A stretch of DNA of 64,000 bases, from NCBI RefSeq assembly GCF_009914755.1, contig NC_060946.1; one strand, written 5' to 3'. The position numbers and the translations under genes were made by a program. The notes beneath the pieces are model-generated. The model had not been told where the DNA came from. It ran no database searches and saw only the letters and a list, made by a program, of their open reading frames with translations. Below, piece after piece: positions 24,521 through 39,353 of the stretch; within the stretch, counting starts at the first letter, position 1, and every line of letters starts with the position of its first letter. This DNA is from the human T2T-CHM13v2.0 reference genome, Homo sapiens.

Positions 24521-25936
24521 TCACTGGGCCTTCACACAGCCCTGCTAGTCAACCCTCGAGAATTGAGGAATCAGAGAACTTAGGAACAAGAACATGACCT
24601 GGGACTTCTTATGTAAGTGAGAATCTTAGGCTAAATTGTCTTGCGGTAAATGCCTTTCCCATCCTCAGAAGTCTATAGTGAGCAGAAAGCAGTAACAGCA
24701 TCCTCCCTTCCACTCTTCCCTTCAGGCTGAACACATCCCTGTCCCTACAGCCTTTGCAGAGACACAGGTGACAGAGCACTCAATATAGAATCCCTGGGCT
24801 CACACTGGCTTTCCTACAGACACAGGGGATCCATGAGGCCCACAGTGACATACACATGTACACAAGGATGCACGTACTGACACTGATGAGCCCTGGAAGT
24901 CAACACAGAGTGGCATACAGAAGAACACATGCAGGCACACACACAGCCACAACTGGACCTGCGAGGTCTACAGCCCCACAAATGAAAAGAGGTGCATACC
25001 ATCTCACAACAAACTAGAACTTTGAGAGAACCACACACACACACAGGTCTACAAATTCACCTGAACAAGACGCCGTCCATAGTCACTGGCGTAAGGCATC
25101 TACTCACTATCACACAGAACACACTCAGGCAAGCAGACATAGATGATACATCCACAATCTACAGAGATGAACTGCAGAGTTACATGCACAGATATGCCAG
25201 TCATACATTCAGATCTGTGTAAACAGTGAGGCACACACACACATACACATGTGCACTTATACAGAAAGACTCAGACCCAGCCAGGCATGGTGGCTCAGGC
25301 CTGTAATCCTAGCACTTTGGGAGGTCGAGGCGGGTGGATCACGAGGTCAAGAGATTGAGACCATCCTGGCTAACATGGTGAAACCCCATCTCTACTAAAA
25401 TTACAAAAAAATTAGCCGGGTGTGATGGCGGGCACCTGTAGTCCCAGCTACTCAGAAGGCAGAGATTGCAGTGAGCTGAGATTGCGCCACTGCACTCCAG
25501 CCTGGACAACAGAGCGCGACTCCATCTCAAAAACAAAAAAAGAAAGACTCAGACCTGACCTGTTAGTCAACAGCCAGATGCCAACAGATAATCACATTAG
25601 ACTCATCAGCAAGCACACCGTGCACACAAGTTCCACTCCCATGTACACGTTCCTGTCCCATGTACACAAGCCTGCACACAAACACGTATCCAGACTCCAG
25701 AACTGTTGAGACAGTGCCCACATACACACTCATAGAGTCACCTGTGCACAGGTGCACGTACACATTGTTTCACAGAGGCACACCAGGACAGAAACACATA
25801 AGAAATGTGAGGCAAAAGCGGACCCACACCTACACCTGTAAGATACACAGAGAAACAAACACATACACAAACTTACACATAGACTCATGCACTGTGTAAT
25901 CAACAGTTCTATACCCCACCAAGGCTCTTGTCCTGG

Positions 25937-27243
25937 TGTGTCCAGAATTGGTGGGTTCTTGGTTTCACTGACTTCAAGAATGAAGCCACAGACCCTCGTG
26001 GTGAGTGTCACAGTTCTTAAACGCAGCGTGCGCGGAGTTTCTTCCTTCTGGTGCGTTCGTGGTCTCGCTAGCTTCAGAAGTGAAGCTACAGACCTTCGCA
26101 GTGTTAACAGCTCATAAAGGCAGCGTGGACCCAAAGAGCTAGACACAAAAGTTCTCCACGTCCCCACTAGATTAGCTAGATACAGAGTGTCCACTGGTGC
26201 ATTCACAAACCCTGAGCTAGACACAGAGTGCTGATTGGTGCATTTACAAACCTTGGGCTAGATACAGAGTGCCAATTGGTGTATTTACAATCCCTTAGCT
26301 AGACATAAAGGTTCTCCAAGTCCCCACCAGAGTAGCTAGATACAGTGTTGATTGATGCATTCACAAACCCTGAGCTAGACACAGAGTGCTGATTGGTGTG
26401 TTTACAAACCTTGAGCTAGATACAGAGTGCCGATTGGTGTATTTTCAACCCCTTAGCTAGACATAAAGGTTCTCCAAGTCCCCAGCAGAGTAGCTAGATA
26501 CAGTGTCGATTGATGCATTCACAAACCCTGAGCTAGACACAGGGTGCTGATTGGTGTGTTTACAAACCTTAAGCTAGACACAGAGTGCCCACTGGTGTAT
26601 TTACAATCCCTTAGCTAGACATAAAGGTTCTCCAAGTCCCCACCAGACTCAGAAGCCCAGCTGGCTTCACCCAGTGGATCCCGCACCGGGGCCGCAGGTG
26701 GAGCTGCCTTCCAGTCCCGCGCCGTGCGCCCGCACTCCTCAGCCCTTGGGTGGTCGATGGGACTGGGCGCCGTGGAGCAGGGGGCGGCGCTTGTCGGGGA
26801 GGCTTGGGCCGCGCAGGAGCCCACGGCGGTGGGTAGGCTCAGGCATGGCGGGCTGCAGGTCCCGAGCCCTGCCCCGCGGGGAGGCAACGAAGGCCCGGCG
26901 AGAAGTCGAGCACAGCAGCTGCTGGCCCAGGTGCTAAGCCCCTCACTGCCCGGGTCCGGCTGGCAGCTCCGAGTGCGGGGCCCGCTGAGCCCACGCCCAC
27001 CCGGAACTCGTGCTGGCCCGCAAGCGCTGCGCGCAGTCCCGGTTCCCGCCCGCGCCTCTCCCTCCACACCTCTCGGCAAGCTGAGGGAGCCGGCTCCGGC
27101 CGCAGCCAGCCCAGGAAGGGGCTCCCACAGTGCAGCGGTGGGCTGAAGGGCTCCTCAAGCGCGGCCAGAGTGGGCGCCAAGGCCGACTAGGCGCCGAGAG
27201 CGAGCAAGGGCTGTGAGGACTGCCAGCACGCTGTCCCCTCTCA
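25937..27243 (-). mobile_element. Solo LTR12 (ERV9) with tandem CCAAT subrepeats and an internal deletion
   Basis: Starts TGAGAGGGGACAGCGTGCTGGCAGTCCTCACAGCC and ends CCAATTCTGGACACA; 4-bp TSD CTGG at 25933-25936 and 27244-27247; CpG-rich U3; repeated AGCTAGA(C/T)ACAGAGTG..ATTGGTG units at 26140-26640. Confidence 0.93.
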
Positions 27244-28229
27244 CTGGGTTGCTATTAAAAATGGGCGCTGAATATAAAAATTAACCGGGCGTGGTGGTGC
27301 ATGTCTGTAAGTCCCAGCTACTCCGGAGGCTGAGGTGGGAGAATAGTTTGAGCCCGAGAGACTGAGGCTACGGTGAGCCGTGATTGTGCAACTGCACTCC
27401 AGCCTGGGCGACAGAGTGAGACCCAGTCTCAAAACAAAATCAAACACGGGCGCTGCCCTGGGCAGGGGAGGTCTGGGCACAGCTGTGCTGATGTGGGCAG
27501 TGGACAGGTGTCACGTGAGAGCCTGTGGCCAAGCCTAAGCTGCGGTTAAGGTGGGAGGCTGAAGGGTTTGGAGTGTGCACCACCCCGGACCACCTCTCAG
27601 TAGGAATGTGGCAATGCACTTCGGTGCTGGATTCCTACTTCTGGCTGTGTGATTTGCGACACGTTACCCCACGCACCTGTACCACAACTTCCTCATCTCC
27701 CAAATGGGATGACAGTAGTTAGCAAACCTCCCTGGACTGCTGTGAGCATTCTGCCAGAAAAATGTACTCCAAGCTCTTGAAGTAGGCCTGGCGTGTGGTT
27801 GGTGCTCAGTACATATTCAATGTTTCTGTCGCTGGCGTCATCACTGTGTTCATGGCAGAGCTCTGTGCCGCCAGGACTGGGCCGCCACCCAGACCTTCCT
27901 TTCCCGCCCCAGGGGTGAACTGTGGACAGGACCCTCTGGGGGGACTAGGCCAAGGCTCTCCCACCTCTGGGGACCCGCGCCCATGGGCCTCAGATATGTG
28001 GCTCGAGAAGGGGGAGTGGGGGCAGGGCCCCTGGAAAACCCCTCGAGGCCAGACCCACCACTCCCAATATCCGTAAGACCAGGGACTTGAGTCTTTCCTG
28101 CAGACAGATGTGGGCAGGAACCCACCCGACTCCCAGCTACGTGGGGACGTGGACGAACTAACAGGACAAATTCTAGTTCCTGGACACCGCCCTCCCAGTA
28201 TCCTCGCAATTAGACACCCATGCAGCGGC

Positions 28230-28990
28230 ACTACACTGATCCGCACACGGAGATACACAGCGACATCCGCCCGCAAGAGCATGGCGGGTGCCGGAGCTCC
28301 CGGCTGTGGGCCCAGGAACTACATTTCCTAGAAGGATGTGCTAGATACTCGTTCGCGTCGGGACGCAAGCACCGGCCCGAACTCGCTCTAGGAAATGGAG
28401 TCTGACGCCTGCGCGGCGCAAACGCTCCCGGGAGGTGTAGTTTGCGCCTATTTCGCGCAGGCGCGCTTTCCCGCAGCGGCCGCCTGCTGCTCTTTGTGGC
28501 AGTCGCAGTCCTTTTGTGGGAGTCCGGTCTGTCCACTTGCCGGTCCCTCAGACCGTCGGCGGTCTCTGTCCGCTTCGGGACCTGTCCGCTGGTCGCTCCG
28601 CGTCCGATGGCTCCTGGCCGCGGAACCTTAGGCCTGGCCCTGGTCTCCGAGCGCGGGTTCGCCGGGAGGAGCGTGTGGCGGGGGTGTGCCGGGGCGTGAG
28701 TGCGCCGAGCATGGGGCTGAGCCTGGTGTGGGGAGTGGGTATCTGCGGAGCCGGCCTGAACCCCACCTCAGCCGGGCGCGGGGAGGGGGCTCCGTGCGTG
28801 TGATCGTGCAGCTGTGAGCGCGTGGCCGCCCCGCGGGGCTCCGCTGCAGGCCCCTCAGCCCCAGGAGCAGTACTCGCTCTTCAGGGCCTGCCCTGGATCC
28901 TGGAGGCTACACAGCTGCCCACTCCTCCTGGGGAGGCTGCCGTGGAGGCCATGGAGATCCCTGCCCCGGAGCCCGAGAAGACAGGTACAG
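28230..28990 (+). promoter_or_regulatory. ZNF74: ZNF74 CpG-island promoter and 5'UTR exons
   Basis: CpG-dense. ZNF143/THAP11-type ACTACA motifs at 28318-28335 (+), 28387-28401 (-) and 28427-28443 (-); NRF1-like GCGCAGGCGC at 28455; candidate donor GC|gtgagt at 28695/28696; candidate acceptors at 28850 and 28885. Confidence 0.8.
28951..28984 (+). CDS. ZNF74: ZNF74 first coding exon (MEIPAPEPEKT)
   Basis: Kozak GCCATGG; donor ACAG|gtacag. Confidence 0.9.
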
Positions 28991-29101
28991 CTTCACTCTT
29001 GTAGTCAGTATGTCTGTGGATTTGCACTTGAGGATATTGACACTCAGAGAGATCAGGCCAGTTTCCCAGAAGCGTCCAGCATCTTTTTTTTTTTTTTTTA
29101 A

Positions 29102-29302
<201 letters not shown>

Positions 29303-29655
29303 TAAGCTCAAGCGATCCGCCCGCCTCGGCCTCCCAAAGTGCTGGGATTACAGGCGTGAGCCATCGCTCCTGGCCTCCTGCTTCTTTCTTCCCCGCGCCC
29401 AATCATTTGTTCCCACTCAGACGTGCTTGATTGGGGGTAGCAGCTCTTTTCGTCATGAATTGGAGTGTCTGAGACACAGGCAGATTATTCCTCGATGCTG
29501 TTTCTGTTGGTGCTAGCTACTGGGGCTCGTTCCCCACCTGGCCTTGCTGGCAGGTTCTGCCTCCTCTCTGATTCTCACTTGTGCCACGACAGGTGGGCTT
29601 TAAGCTCAGCCGTGAGCCTGGTAGCCGTGACCTTGACTCATTTCTCCTTCGCCAG

Positions 29656-29741
29656 CTCTTTCCTCTCAGGATCCTGCTCTTTCCCTGAAAGAGAATCTCG
29701 AGGATATATCGGGTTGGGGTCTTCCCGAAGCCAGGTCCAAG
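29656..29741 (+). CDS. ZNF74: ZNF74 coding exon 2 (ALSSQDPALSLKENLEDISGWGLPEARSK)
   Basis: 86 nt, ccttcgccag|CT...AAG|gtgagt; keeps frame into KRAB-A. Confidence 0.88.
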
Positions 29742-31366
29742 GTGAGTGGCTGTGTGTTCTTCCTTCTTTATGAAGAGGGTTGGCACATTCCCTCCCCAGC
29801 CCTGGATCGTCAGCCTTCCACAGACCTTCACCCGGGTACCTGCTGGCCAGTCCTCAGGAAGCTCTGGGCAGTGGGAACAGCTCCAAGTGAAGAGTCCAGA
29901 TGTTGCCCGAGGTGTGCCCTCGAGATGTGCTCTATTGAATGTCTCGCCCAGTCCAATTCAGTGGGTCAGTTGCTGGGGATCTCTCTGCCCAGCGCTGTGC
30001 TGGGAGCTCTGAGGAGTGGTTTTAGTGGAATCTGAGAAAGTAGTTGACGGCTCACATGGGGTCGCTTTGCCTATCCACGTGCTGGCCAGGGGTTGGTGCA
30101 GGATGTTTGCACGGTTGGTTTACTGGGACTGGAATCAGACAGGGGCACGTGGAGCAGCTCAGGAAGGGCTGGATTGCAGCACTTGGTTAAGAGTGGCGGT
30201 AGGGGACACATCCCTGTGTGCTTTCCTCTGTACCCGGCCCCTGGCATGGGGCCTTCATGGAGAGTCCTGGAGATTTAGAGAATCTGGGGGCTCAGCAAGG
30301 AATTGGCCCTGGGAACTTCTGCAGCCAAATGGGACCCAGATCCCTCCTTTTACAGACTGTGAACTCTGTTCCTCATTTTGTTTTTCTACCGCAACCACCT
30401 CACCCCATGGTTGTATTTAGAAGGGTGCAGTTGACAAAGAGAGCACAGTAGAGTGAAAGATGTGGAGGAATAAGGGGTCTTTGGGTTTTTGTTTTTTTTT
30501 TAGCATTTTGTGATTTTGTCAGTCTGCCACTCAAAAGAGGTGATGGCAGATTATAGCCAGCTAGAAACAGCTGCAAAACGTGTATTGTGAGCTGTGCCTC
30601 ACTTCTGTAGTGTGTCACAATGCTTTATAGTCCTCAAGAAACTTGACAGTCAAATGCAATGCATGTTCCTTGCTTAGGGGATAGATCCAAAAAAATTGAT
30701 AAAGGGCAGTTTGGGACAAGAGGAAATTTGAAAATGGGCTGTATCTTAGGTCATATTGTATCAATATGAAATTTATTGCATGTGATAATAGTACTGTGAT
30801 TATGTAAGAGAATATCCACAGGAGATACAAGCTGAAGACTGTAGAGTGAGACATCATGATGTCTGCAACTTACCTTCAAATGGTTCAGCAAAAAAAAATG
30901 TGTGTGCATGTATGTATGTCTGTATGTGTCTGTGCAGCTCCGTCTAGGTGGTAGGGCCCTCATGCATGTGTTATTCCTATTCCTAAAATATTAGCTTGTT
31001 AGATCTTTGAATAACCAGTTGACTCTCCTGAGTACACATCAGCTTTGGCATTTTCTCTTGACAGTCTCATTCTCACTCACAGTTCAAGTTGTTCTGTCTC
31101 CTGGGACATCTTGTGTGGTCTGTTCTGACTTCTCTGCTAGTGTCATTACCACATCAGCATCTGATTCCGATGCATACTGTCTGGGTTTTTTATTCCTTTC
31201 CCTGCAGAATGATGACACATTAGACATGGACTTCTCCCAGTGGCCAGAAATACCCATCAAAAAGGCCTGTGCGGGCCTCAGACCCTATCCTACTCTTGCT
31301 GGTTTTGCTCCCCACACTGAAGCCATGTAGCCTCTGACAGCCTCACTGGCCAACACCATATTCTGA

Positions 31367-31639
<273 letters not shown>

Positions 31640-32531
31640 TAGGGGTGTGTTCTCAGCATTTGTCCTCATCTCTACCTCCTCATCTGAAATCCAGTGTTTT
31701 GGGGGGTAAGGTTTTATTGAGGTGTAATTTATATACAGCACAGTTGTACAATTTTAAGTATACAATTTGATGAGGTTGAGCAAACGTATACAGTTGTGTA
31801 ACCAGCACCACAATCATGATATGGGACGTTTCCATGACCCAAAAATGTCCTCATGCCCCTGTGCATTCAGTGGTCTCCCCTCTCCCCTTGGTAACCACTA
31901 TAGTTTTGCTGTAGATTTTCCTCTTTAAGGATTTCATATGGAATTTATATTATGTGGTCTTTTGTCTCTGCTTTATTTCGCTTAGCATATGCTTTTGAGT
32001 TTATCCATATTGTTGTGTGAATCAGTAGTTTGTTCCTTTTTATTGGTGAGTAATATTCCATTTGTATTAGTCTGCTAGGGTTGCCATACAAAGTATGGCA
32101 GGAGGGCTTAAATGACAGAAATGTATTTCCTCACAGTTCCAGAGGCAAGAAATCTGAGATCAAGGTGTCAGCAGGGTTGATTTCTTCTGAGGCTTCTCCT
32201 TGGCTTGTAGATGGCCACCTTTTCCCCGCATCTTCACATGGTCTTACCTCTTCTATGTCTGTGTCCAAATTTCCTCTTCTTATGAGGACACCAGTTATAT
32301 TGGATCAAGGCCCACTGCATTGAATTCATTTTAACTGAATTACTTCTTTAAAGAACCTCTCTCCAGGCCGGGTGCAGTGGCTCACGCCTGTAACCCCAGC
32401 ATTTTGGGAGGCTGAGGTGGGTGGAACACTTGAGGTCAGGAGTTCAAGACCAGCCGGCCAACATGGTGAAACCCTGTCTCTACTAAAAATACAAAAATTT
32501 AGCTGGGCGTTAGTTCTCGCCTGTAGTCCTA

Positions 32532-32669
<138 letters not shown>

Positions 32670-34840
32670 TTACGGAGCATTGAGACATAAGAATTTGAGG
32701 TGAGGGGTATACAGTTCATCCCATTGCTCCATTGGATGGAGCAAACTGCTCCGCAGTTTGCTTATCCATTCACCAGCCGATGGACATTTAGGTTACTCAT
32801 AGGCTTTTGCTATTACAAATAAACCCGCTATAAATATTTGAGTACACGTATGGCTGTGCATTTTAATTTCTCTTGCATAAATACCTAGGTGTGAAATTGC
32901 TGAGCCATATAGTAAATATATGTTTGTCAATTTTATTGATCTTTTCAAAAAACAATTTTTTTGTTTTATTGATTTTTCTCTATTTTCTGTTTTCCATTTC
33001 AGAGATTTCTGATCCTTATTATCTCCTTGGTGTCTTAAGATTGAAACTTACTTTACTTACTTTAGTGTCTTAAGATTGAAACATAGATATTGATTTGATA
33101 CCTTTTTTCCTCATATAGCATTCAGCGCTGTAAATTTCTAAGCACTGCCTCAACTATATCCTACAACTTTTGTTATGTTACATTTTCACTTTTATTCAGC
33201 TCAAAATAGCTTCTAATTTCCCTAGTGATATGTTATTTCAGAATGTGTTGTTTCATTTCCTAATATTTAGGGCATTTTCCAGTTAACTTTCTATTATGGA
33301 TTTCTGATTTAATTCTATTGTCATCAAAGAATGAACTTTGTGTGATTTAAAGTCTTTCAAGTCTACCAAGATTTATTTTATTTCCCAGAGTGTGGTTTAT
33401 CTTGGTAAATGTTCCACATGCCCTTGAAAAAATATGTATTATGCCTTTGTTGGTTAGAGTGTTATGTAAATATCAGTTAAGTCAAGTTGAATGATGGTGT
33501 TTTTTAATTGTTCTGTCAGTTTTTGCATTATGTATTTTGAAGCTCTTTTAGTAGATACATTTATATTTAGGATTGCTATGAGTTCTTAATGAATTAACTG
33601 TTTTATCATTATGTAATATTCTCTTTATCTCTGATAGTCCTCTCTCTGAAATCTACTTTGCTATTACTATAGGCACTTGAGCTTTTTTTTTTAAATTAGT
33701 ATTTGCAGGGTTTATCTTTTTCTATCCTATCACTTTTAACCTATCTTTGTATGTAAAGTGGGTTTCTGTAGCTTGCTTTTTTAATTCAGTTTGACAATCT
33801 CCACCGTTTAATTGGAGTGTTTAAACTATTCGCATTTAGTGTAATTATTAATATGGTTGGATTTACATGTCCTTTTTTTTTTTTTTCTTTTGACAGAGTT
33901 TGGCTCTTGTCACCCAGGCTGGAGTGCAGTGGCGCAATCTTGGCTCACTGCAACCTCCACCTCTTGGGTTCAAGCAATTCTCCTGACCTCAGGTGATCTG
34001 CCACCTTGGCCTCCCAAGTGCTGGGATTATAGGCGTGAGCCACCCCACCCGGCCTTGCTATTAGTTTTCTATGTCTTATGTCTTTTTTGTTTCTCATTTC
34101 CTCCCTTAATGACTTCTTTTGAGGTAAACACATACTGTTCTAATATACTCTTAATTCCTCTGATTTCATTAATATTTTTCACCTTTTAGTTATTTGATTG
34201 GATGCTGGACATTGTGAATTTTACTTTGTTGAGTAGGTTTTTGGAATTCCTTGTTTCTGGGATTTGTTCTGGGATGCAGTGAAATTACTTGGCATCTATT
34301 TGATCCTTTCAAGGATCAAAGCAAGTCTGGAGTTGGGTGGTGGCCAGGATGCCCAGGCCCAGGGGGAGCAGGCAGGAAGGATTGGAAGGCAGTCAGGTGA
34401 GGACTGCAGGTAGCCTCTCTTAGTCCCTTGGGGCACAGAACTTGCTGATATATACAAGGTTTCCTTCCTTAGAGTGTAATAACAGTTTCTAGTCTGGGAT
34501 CGGATCCTTTTGCGTTACTGAGCTTTGAATAGAGTTGCTGGGATTTTTGTACTATTAATATTCTCTCAAATTTTTAAGTTTGAAATTCTTGACTCCAGGA
34601 AGCATAGCATCTCACCCAGGACTTAGAGCCTGATACAACAGCCATGTACAGCCCCTGGGTCCCACCGCAAGTTGCCAGGGCCCTGTGGTGTCTATTCAGA
34701 CCTGCTTTCCCAATCTAGAAGGTGGTGTGGGAATGCATGCCAATTCCCAGCCCCCCTCCCTGCCCCTGGTCCCCGAATTCAGTCATGGTCAGTGTCTACA
34801 GCACAACCTTCTGGCATGGGAGAAGGTCACCTGAGGTTAA

Positions 34841-35122
<282 letters not shown>

Positions 35123-35578
35123 TAAGGAGAATCCCTTCAGTGCCGGCCCTGGTGCCAGATATATCATGGGGTGGGAAGCAAGGCCTGTGCCTTGGGGCAC
35201 TCATGGCCAGGGGCCTCGGCCACGCCAGAAGTCCCCAAGGGACAGCGTGGGAGCTGGTAGCATCCTTGCTTGGTGTTTCCCCTGGTCCTGGGATAGGGGC
35301 AGGGAGAGAAGAGAAGAAGGTGGGACCCTGGAGCCCAGCTGGCTCTGGAACAGTCCTCAAGCAATGAAGTAAGGACGTCAGCACACGTGGGGTCTTCAGA
35401 GTATACACTGGGATTTGGGTTCCAGTCTGAGACCCTCACTGCTTTTGGCCCAGAGGACCTCCTGTTCCCAGAGAGGGTGTCCACTTCACAGGCATTGTCC
35501 TTGTTAGGGGGCGGCCTGTAAGGTCGACTGGGCCTGGAGAGCTGCAGCATGCCCAGCCCACTTTCTCTCCACGAGCAG

Positions 35579-35674
35579 GACCTCCACTGCACAAGCCAGA
35601 TGTGATCTCTCATCTGGAACGAGGCGAGGAGCCATGGAGCATGCAGAGGGAAGTCCCCAGAGGGCCCTGTCCAG
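35579..35674 (+). CDS. ZNF74: ZNF74 KRAB-B exon
   Basis: 96 nt, [32 protein letters not shown]; gagcag|GA...CCAG|gtgagc. Confidence 0.95.
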
Positions 35675-36023
35675 GTGAGCAGAGGCACAGGTGGAAGGGT
35701 GCCAGCCCCAGCACCCCTGGTGGCACCTCCTCCTATGGCCCCTATTTTCCTCCCTCAGTTTGCCCCGGCTCCATCTCCCCTTTTCAGGTCCCCCGCCAGA
35801 CCCTCCTGCCTGCCTCCCTTCAGCACGTACTGAGCACTGCCTGTGTGCTGAGACCTGTTCTGGGATACAACAGGGAACAAACCTGGCCACTGGGACCAAA
35901 TGGTCACCTGCTGATGGGGATGGGGAGGCAGGAATAGAAATATTGAGCCATTGGTGTTGGCTGGGCAGCCGGGGGTGTGGGATTGGGGGCAGGGGGCCAC
36001 CAGGGAAGGGGCAGCTGGCGTTG

Positions 36024-36227
36024 GTCAGTGTCAGGGTCAGCATGAGCATCAGCATCAGGGCCAGCGTCAGCGTCAGGGTCAGAGCCAGCATCAGTGTCAG
36101 GGCCAGCGTGAGCATCAGCATCAGGGCCAGTGTGAGCATCAGTGTCAGGGCCATCATCAGCGTCAGGGTCAGAGTCAGCATCAGCATTAGGGTCAGCATC
36201 AGCGTCAGGGTCAGGGTCAACGTCAGC
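36024..36227 (+). repeat. Degenerate hexamer tandem repeat (RTCAGS) in a ZNF74 intron
   Basis: About 34 six-nt units: gtcagg, gtcagc, atcagc, gccagc, atcagg. Confidence 0.9.
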
Positions 36228-36751
36228 GAGGGCTTCCAGGCTGTGGCCAAGATGGCAGCCCTCCGTAAGGGAAAGGGGACTGGGGTGGGTGTTGAGCAGA
36301 AGGTAGTCTGCTTTTCTTCTCCAACATTCTTTTTGTAGACTTCTCTTCTGAGTTGGTTGATAAATAAGTGGTAAATTCGGCTTAATTTATTGGACAGTGA
36401 CTGCTGAGCATGTTAGGTGTCTAGAAAGCTCGAGAAACACCTTTCTGTGGGAAAGGCAGCCGATAAGCTGTGGAGCACAGAACACGGGGGTCGGGGAAGG
36501 CAGCCCCTCCTCCATCCCCCTCCGCTGCCACATACCACCCAGCCCCAACCTGCAACAGTGGCTGCAGCCCCAGCTTTCTGGTCTTTATTTCTCACCCCAG
36601 CCTCTGATGCTTGCTTTGTCCTCTTTAACAAGATTACAGGTTTCAAAAAATTCATATTTTTGTTTGATTCATATATGAATATACTGAAAATGAGGCTGAA
36701 AGGTTACTGAAATCCTGCATAATCTTTCCACCCAGAGATGACGGTTCTCTA

Positions 36752-37335
<584 letters not shown>

Positions 37336-39113
37336 CTACCACACTGGCCATGGCATAGTGAGCGTCCTCACGTGATGTTTACTGATTGCACAGTATCCCT
37401 TAGATGAATGTGCCCTGCTGTGTTGTTGGCCCTATTGCTGCCAAAACAACTTTTTTCTGGCCTGGGCCTCTTCTCTCTGCTCTGTGCAACTTCCCTAGAC
37501 TCTTACCTCTCACTTGGTGTGGATGTGGTCTACACTATAGCAACACCAGCTGAGCTGCAGCCCTGTGTCACTGACCATCTCGTGGGCCTCTGCTTGCATG
37601 TCTAAAACCAGACTTGGAACTGGCCCTTCCTCCTCCTTTATAAAAGCTTCCACCATCCACCCAGGCTTGGGTGTTTGCTGAGGTCTCATCCTCTCCCCCA
37701 TTTCCTCTCTTGCCACCTTCAGTCAACAGCTAGGGCCATCAGTTTTAGCACCTAAATGGCTCTTAGATCTGCTGCTTCCTGTTCATTTTCACAGCCTTGG
37801 TTCCAGTCTGAAGTTGCCATTTTTCACCTGAATTATTCAGATGGCCTCCCTAACTGGCCTCCCTAACTGCTGGCTCCAACCACCTTACACACCACCAAAG
37901 CCACCTTCAAGACAAACCATTATGCCAGGCACAGGGACTCACACATCTAATCCCAGCACTTTGGGAGGCCAAGGCAGGAGGACCACTTGAGCCCAGGAGT
38001 TGGAGGCTGCAGCGAGCTGTGATTGCACCCCTGCACTGCAGCCTGGACAACAGAGCGAGACTGTGTCCCCGCCCTCTGCTTCCCCCGCCCCCCGTCAAGA
38101 CACCATATGATCACATCACCCTCTGTGCAAAAGGCCTTTCTTCCCCGGCTGCCCTCTGAGTCAGGCATCTGGTCACCTCGAACCCATCCACCTTGCCAGG
38201 GTCACCTCTCAGCCTTCCTGCCTCTGCGTGTCTTGTCTTCATCTTACTGTCTCACCTCTGAGCTTCTGCACATGCTGTTCACTCTCCACCTGGCTACCTG
38301 CCATGTGTGCCATGGCCAGTTCCACTTGCCCTGCTCTTCTGCATGTGTTGGGGCCACAGGCAGCACCACCATGCAGCTCTGCCCGCTGCACTAGACTGCT
38401 CCCTTTTAAGCCTGGGGAGGACAGAATTAGAAATAAAATCTCCTGCCAGCTCAGAAAACCTTGCTATAGAGATAGAAAAGAAAGAAAGCCTTCTTATTGA
38501 ATAAGTGTTTAACCAGATGTGGTGTACAGGAGAGAAAGAAACCTCCCCCTTTGACAGAGGAGACACATCCAACCCAGCACACAGGGCAACTGTCTTCACC
38601 TAAAGGAAGAGTACAGCTTTTTGGGTTTTGTTTGTTTGTTTGTTTTTTGAGACAGGGTATCCCTCTATTGCCCAGGCTGGGGTGCGGTTGCATGATCATA
38701 GCTCGAAGCCTCAACCTCCCTAGGCTCAGGTGATCCTCCCACCTCAGCCTCCTGAGTAGCTGGGACTATAGACAGGTACCATCATTCCTGGCTAATTTTG
38801 TATTTTTTGTAGAGGGGTCTCACTGTGTTACCCAGGCTGGTCTTGATCTGGGCTCAAGTGATCCGCCACCTTGACCTCCCAAAGTGCTGGGATTACAGGT
38901 ATGAGCCACCGCGCCCAGCCTCTTGTAGCTTTTTGACAAGCAGGAAGTTACATCTTGGACTCGATTCTTGGACTAGGCTCATTTTGCTTCTGAAAAGGTT
39001 TGCATGCGTCTCGAGACAGAGAAAGCATTTGCAATTCCCAGTGTTCTAAAGGGAAGCGCTGGGGTGTGGGGAGCCCTTTTTTCCTTTTGGCACCACAGAC
39101 AATTTTTAATTCA

Positions 39114-39353
<240 letters not shown>

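Noticed and set aside
24780-25920. CA-rich degenerate tract mirrored by the TG-rich tract at 55-57 kb (possible long-range pairing)
   Set aside because: Only compositional similarity; I found no alignable inverted homology by eye.
26140-26640. Repeat-spacer-like array resembling CRISPR
   Set aside because: These are LTR12 U3 tandem subrepeats; there are no unique spacers or cas genes and the context is eukaryotic.
35504-36338. 248-aa and 215-aa ORFs with LTLTLML / VSVRVSI periodicity
   Set aside because: Translations of the hexamer repeat; no exon structure.
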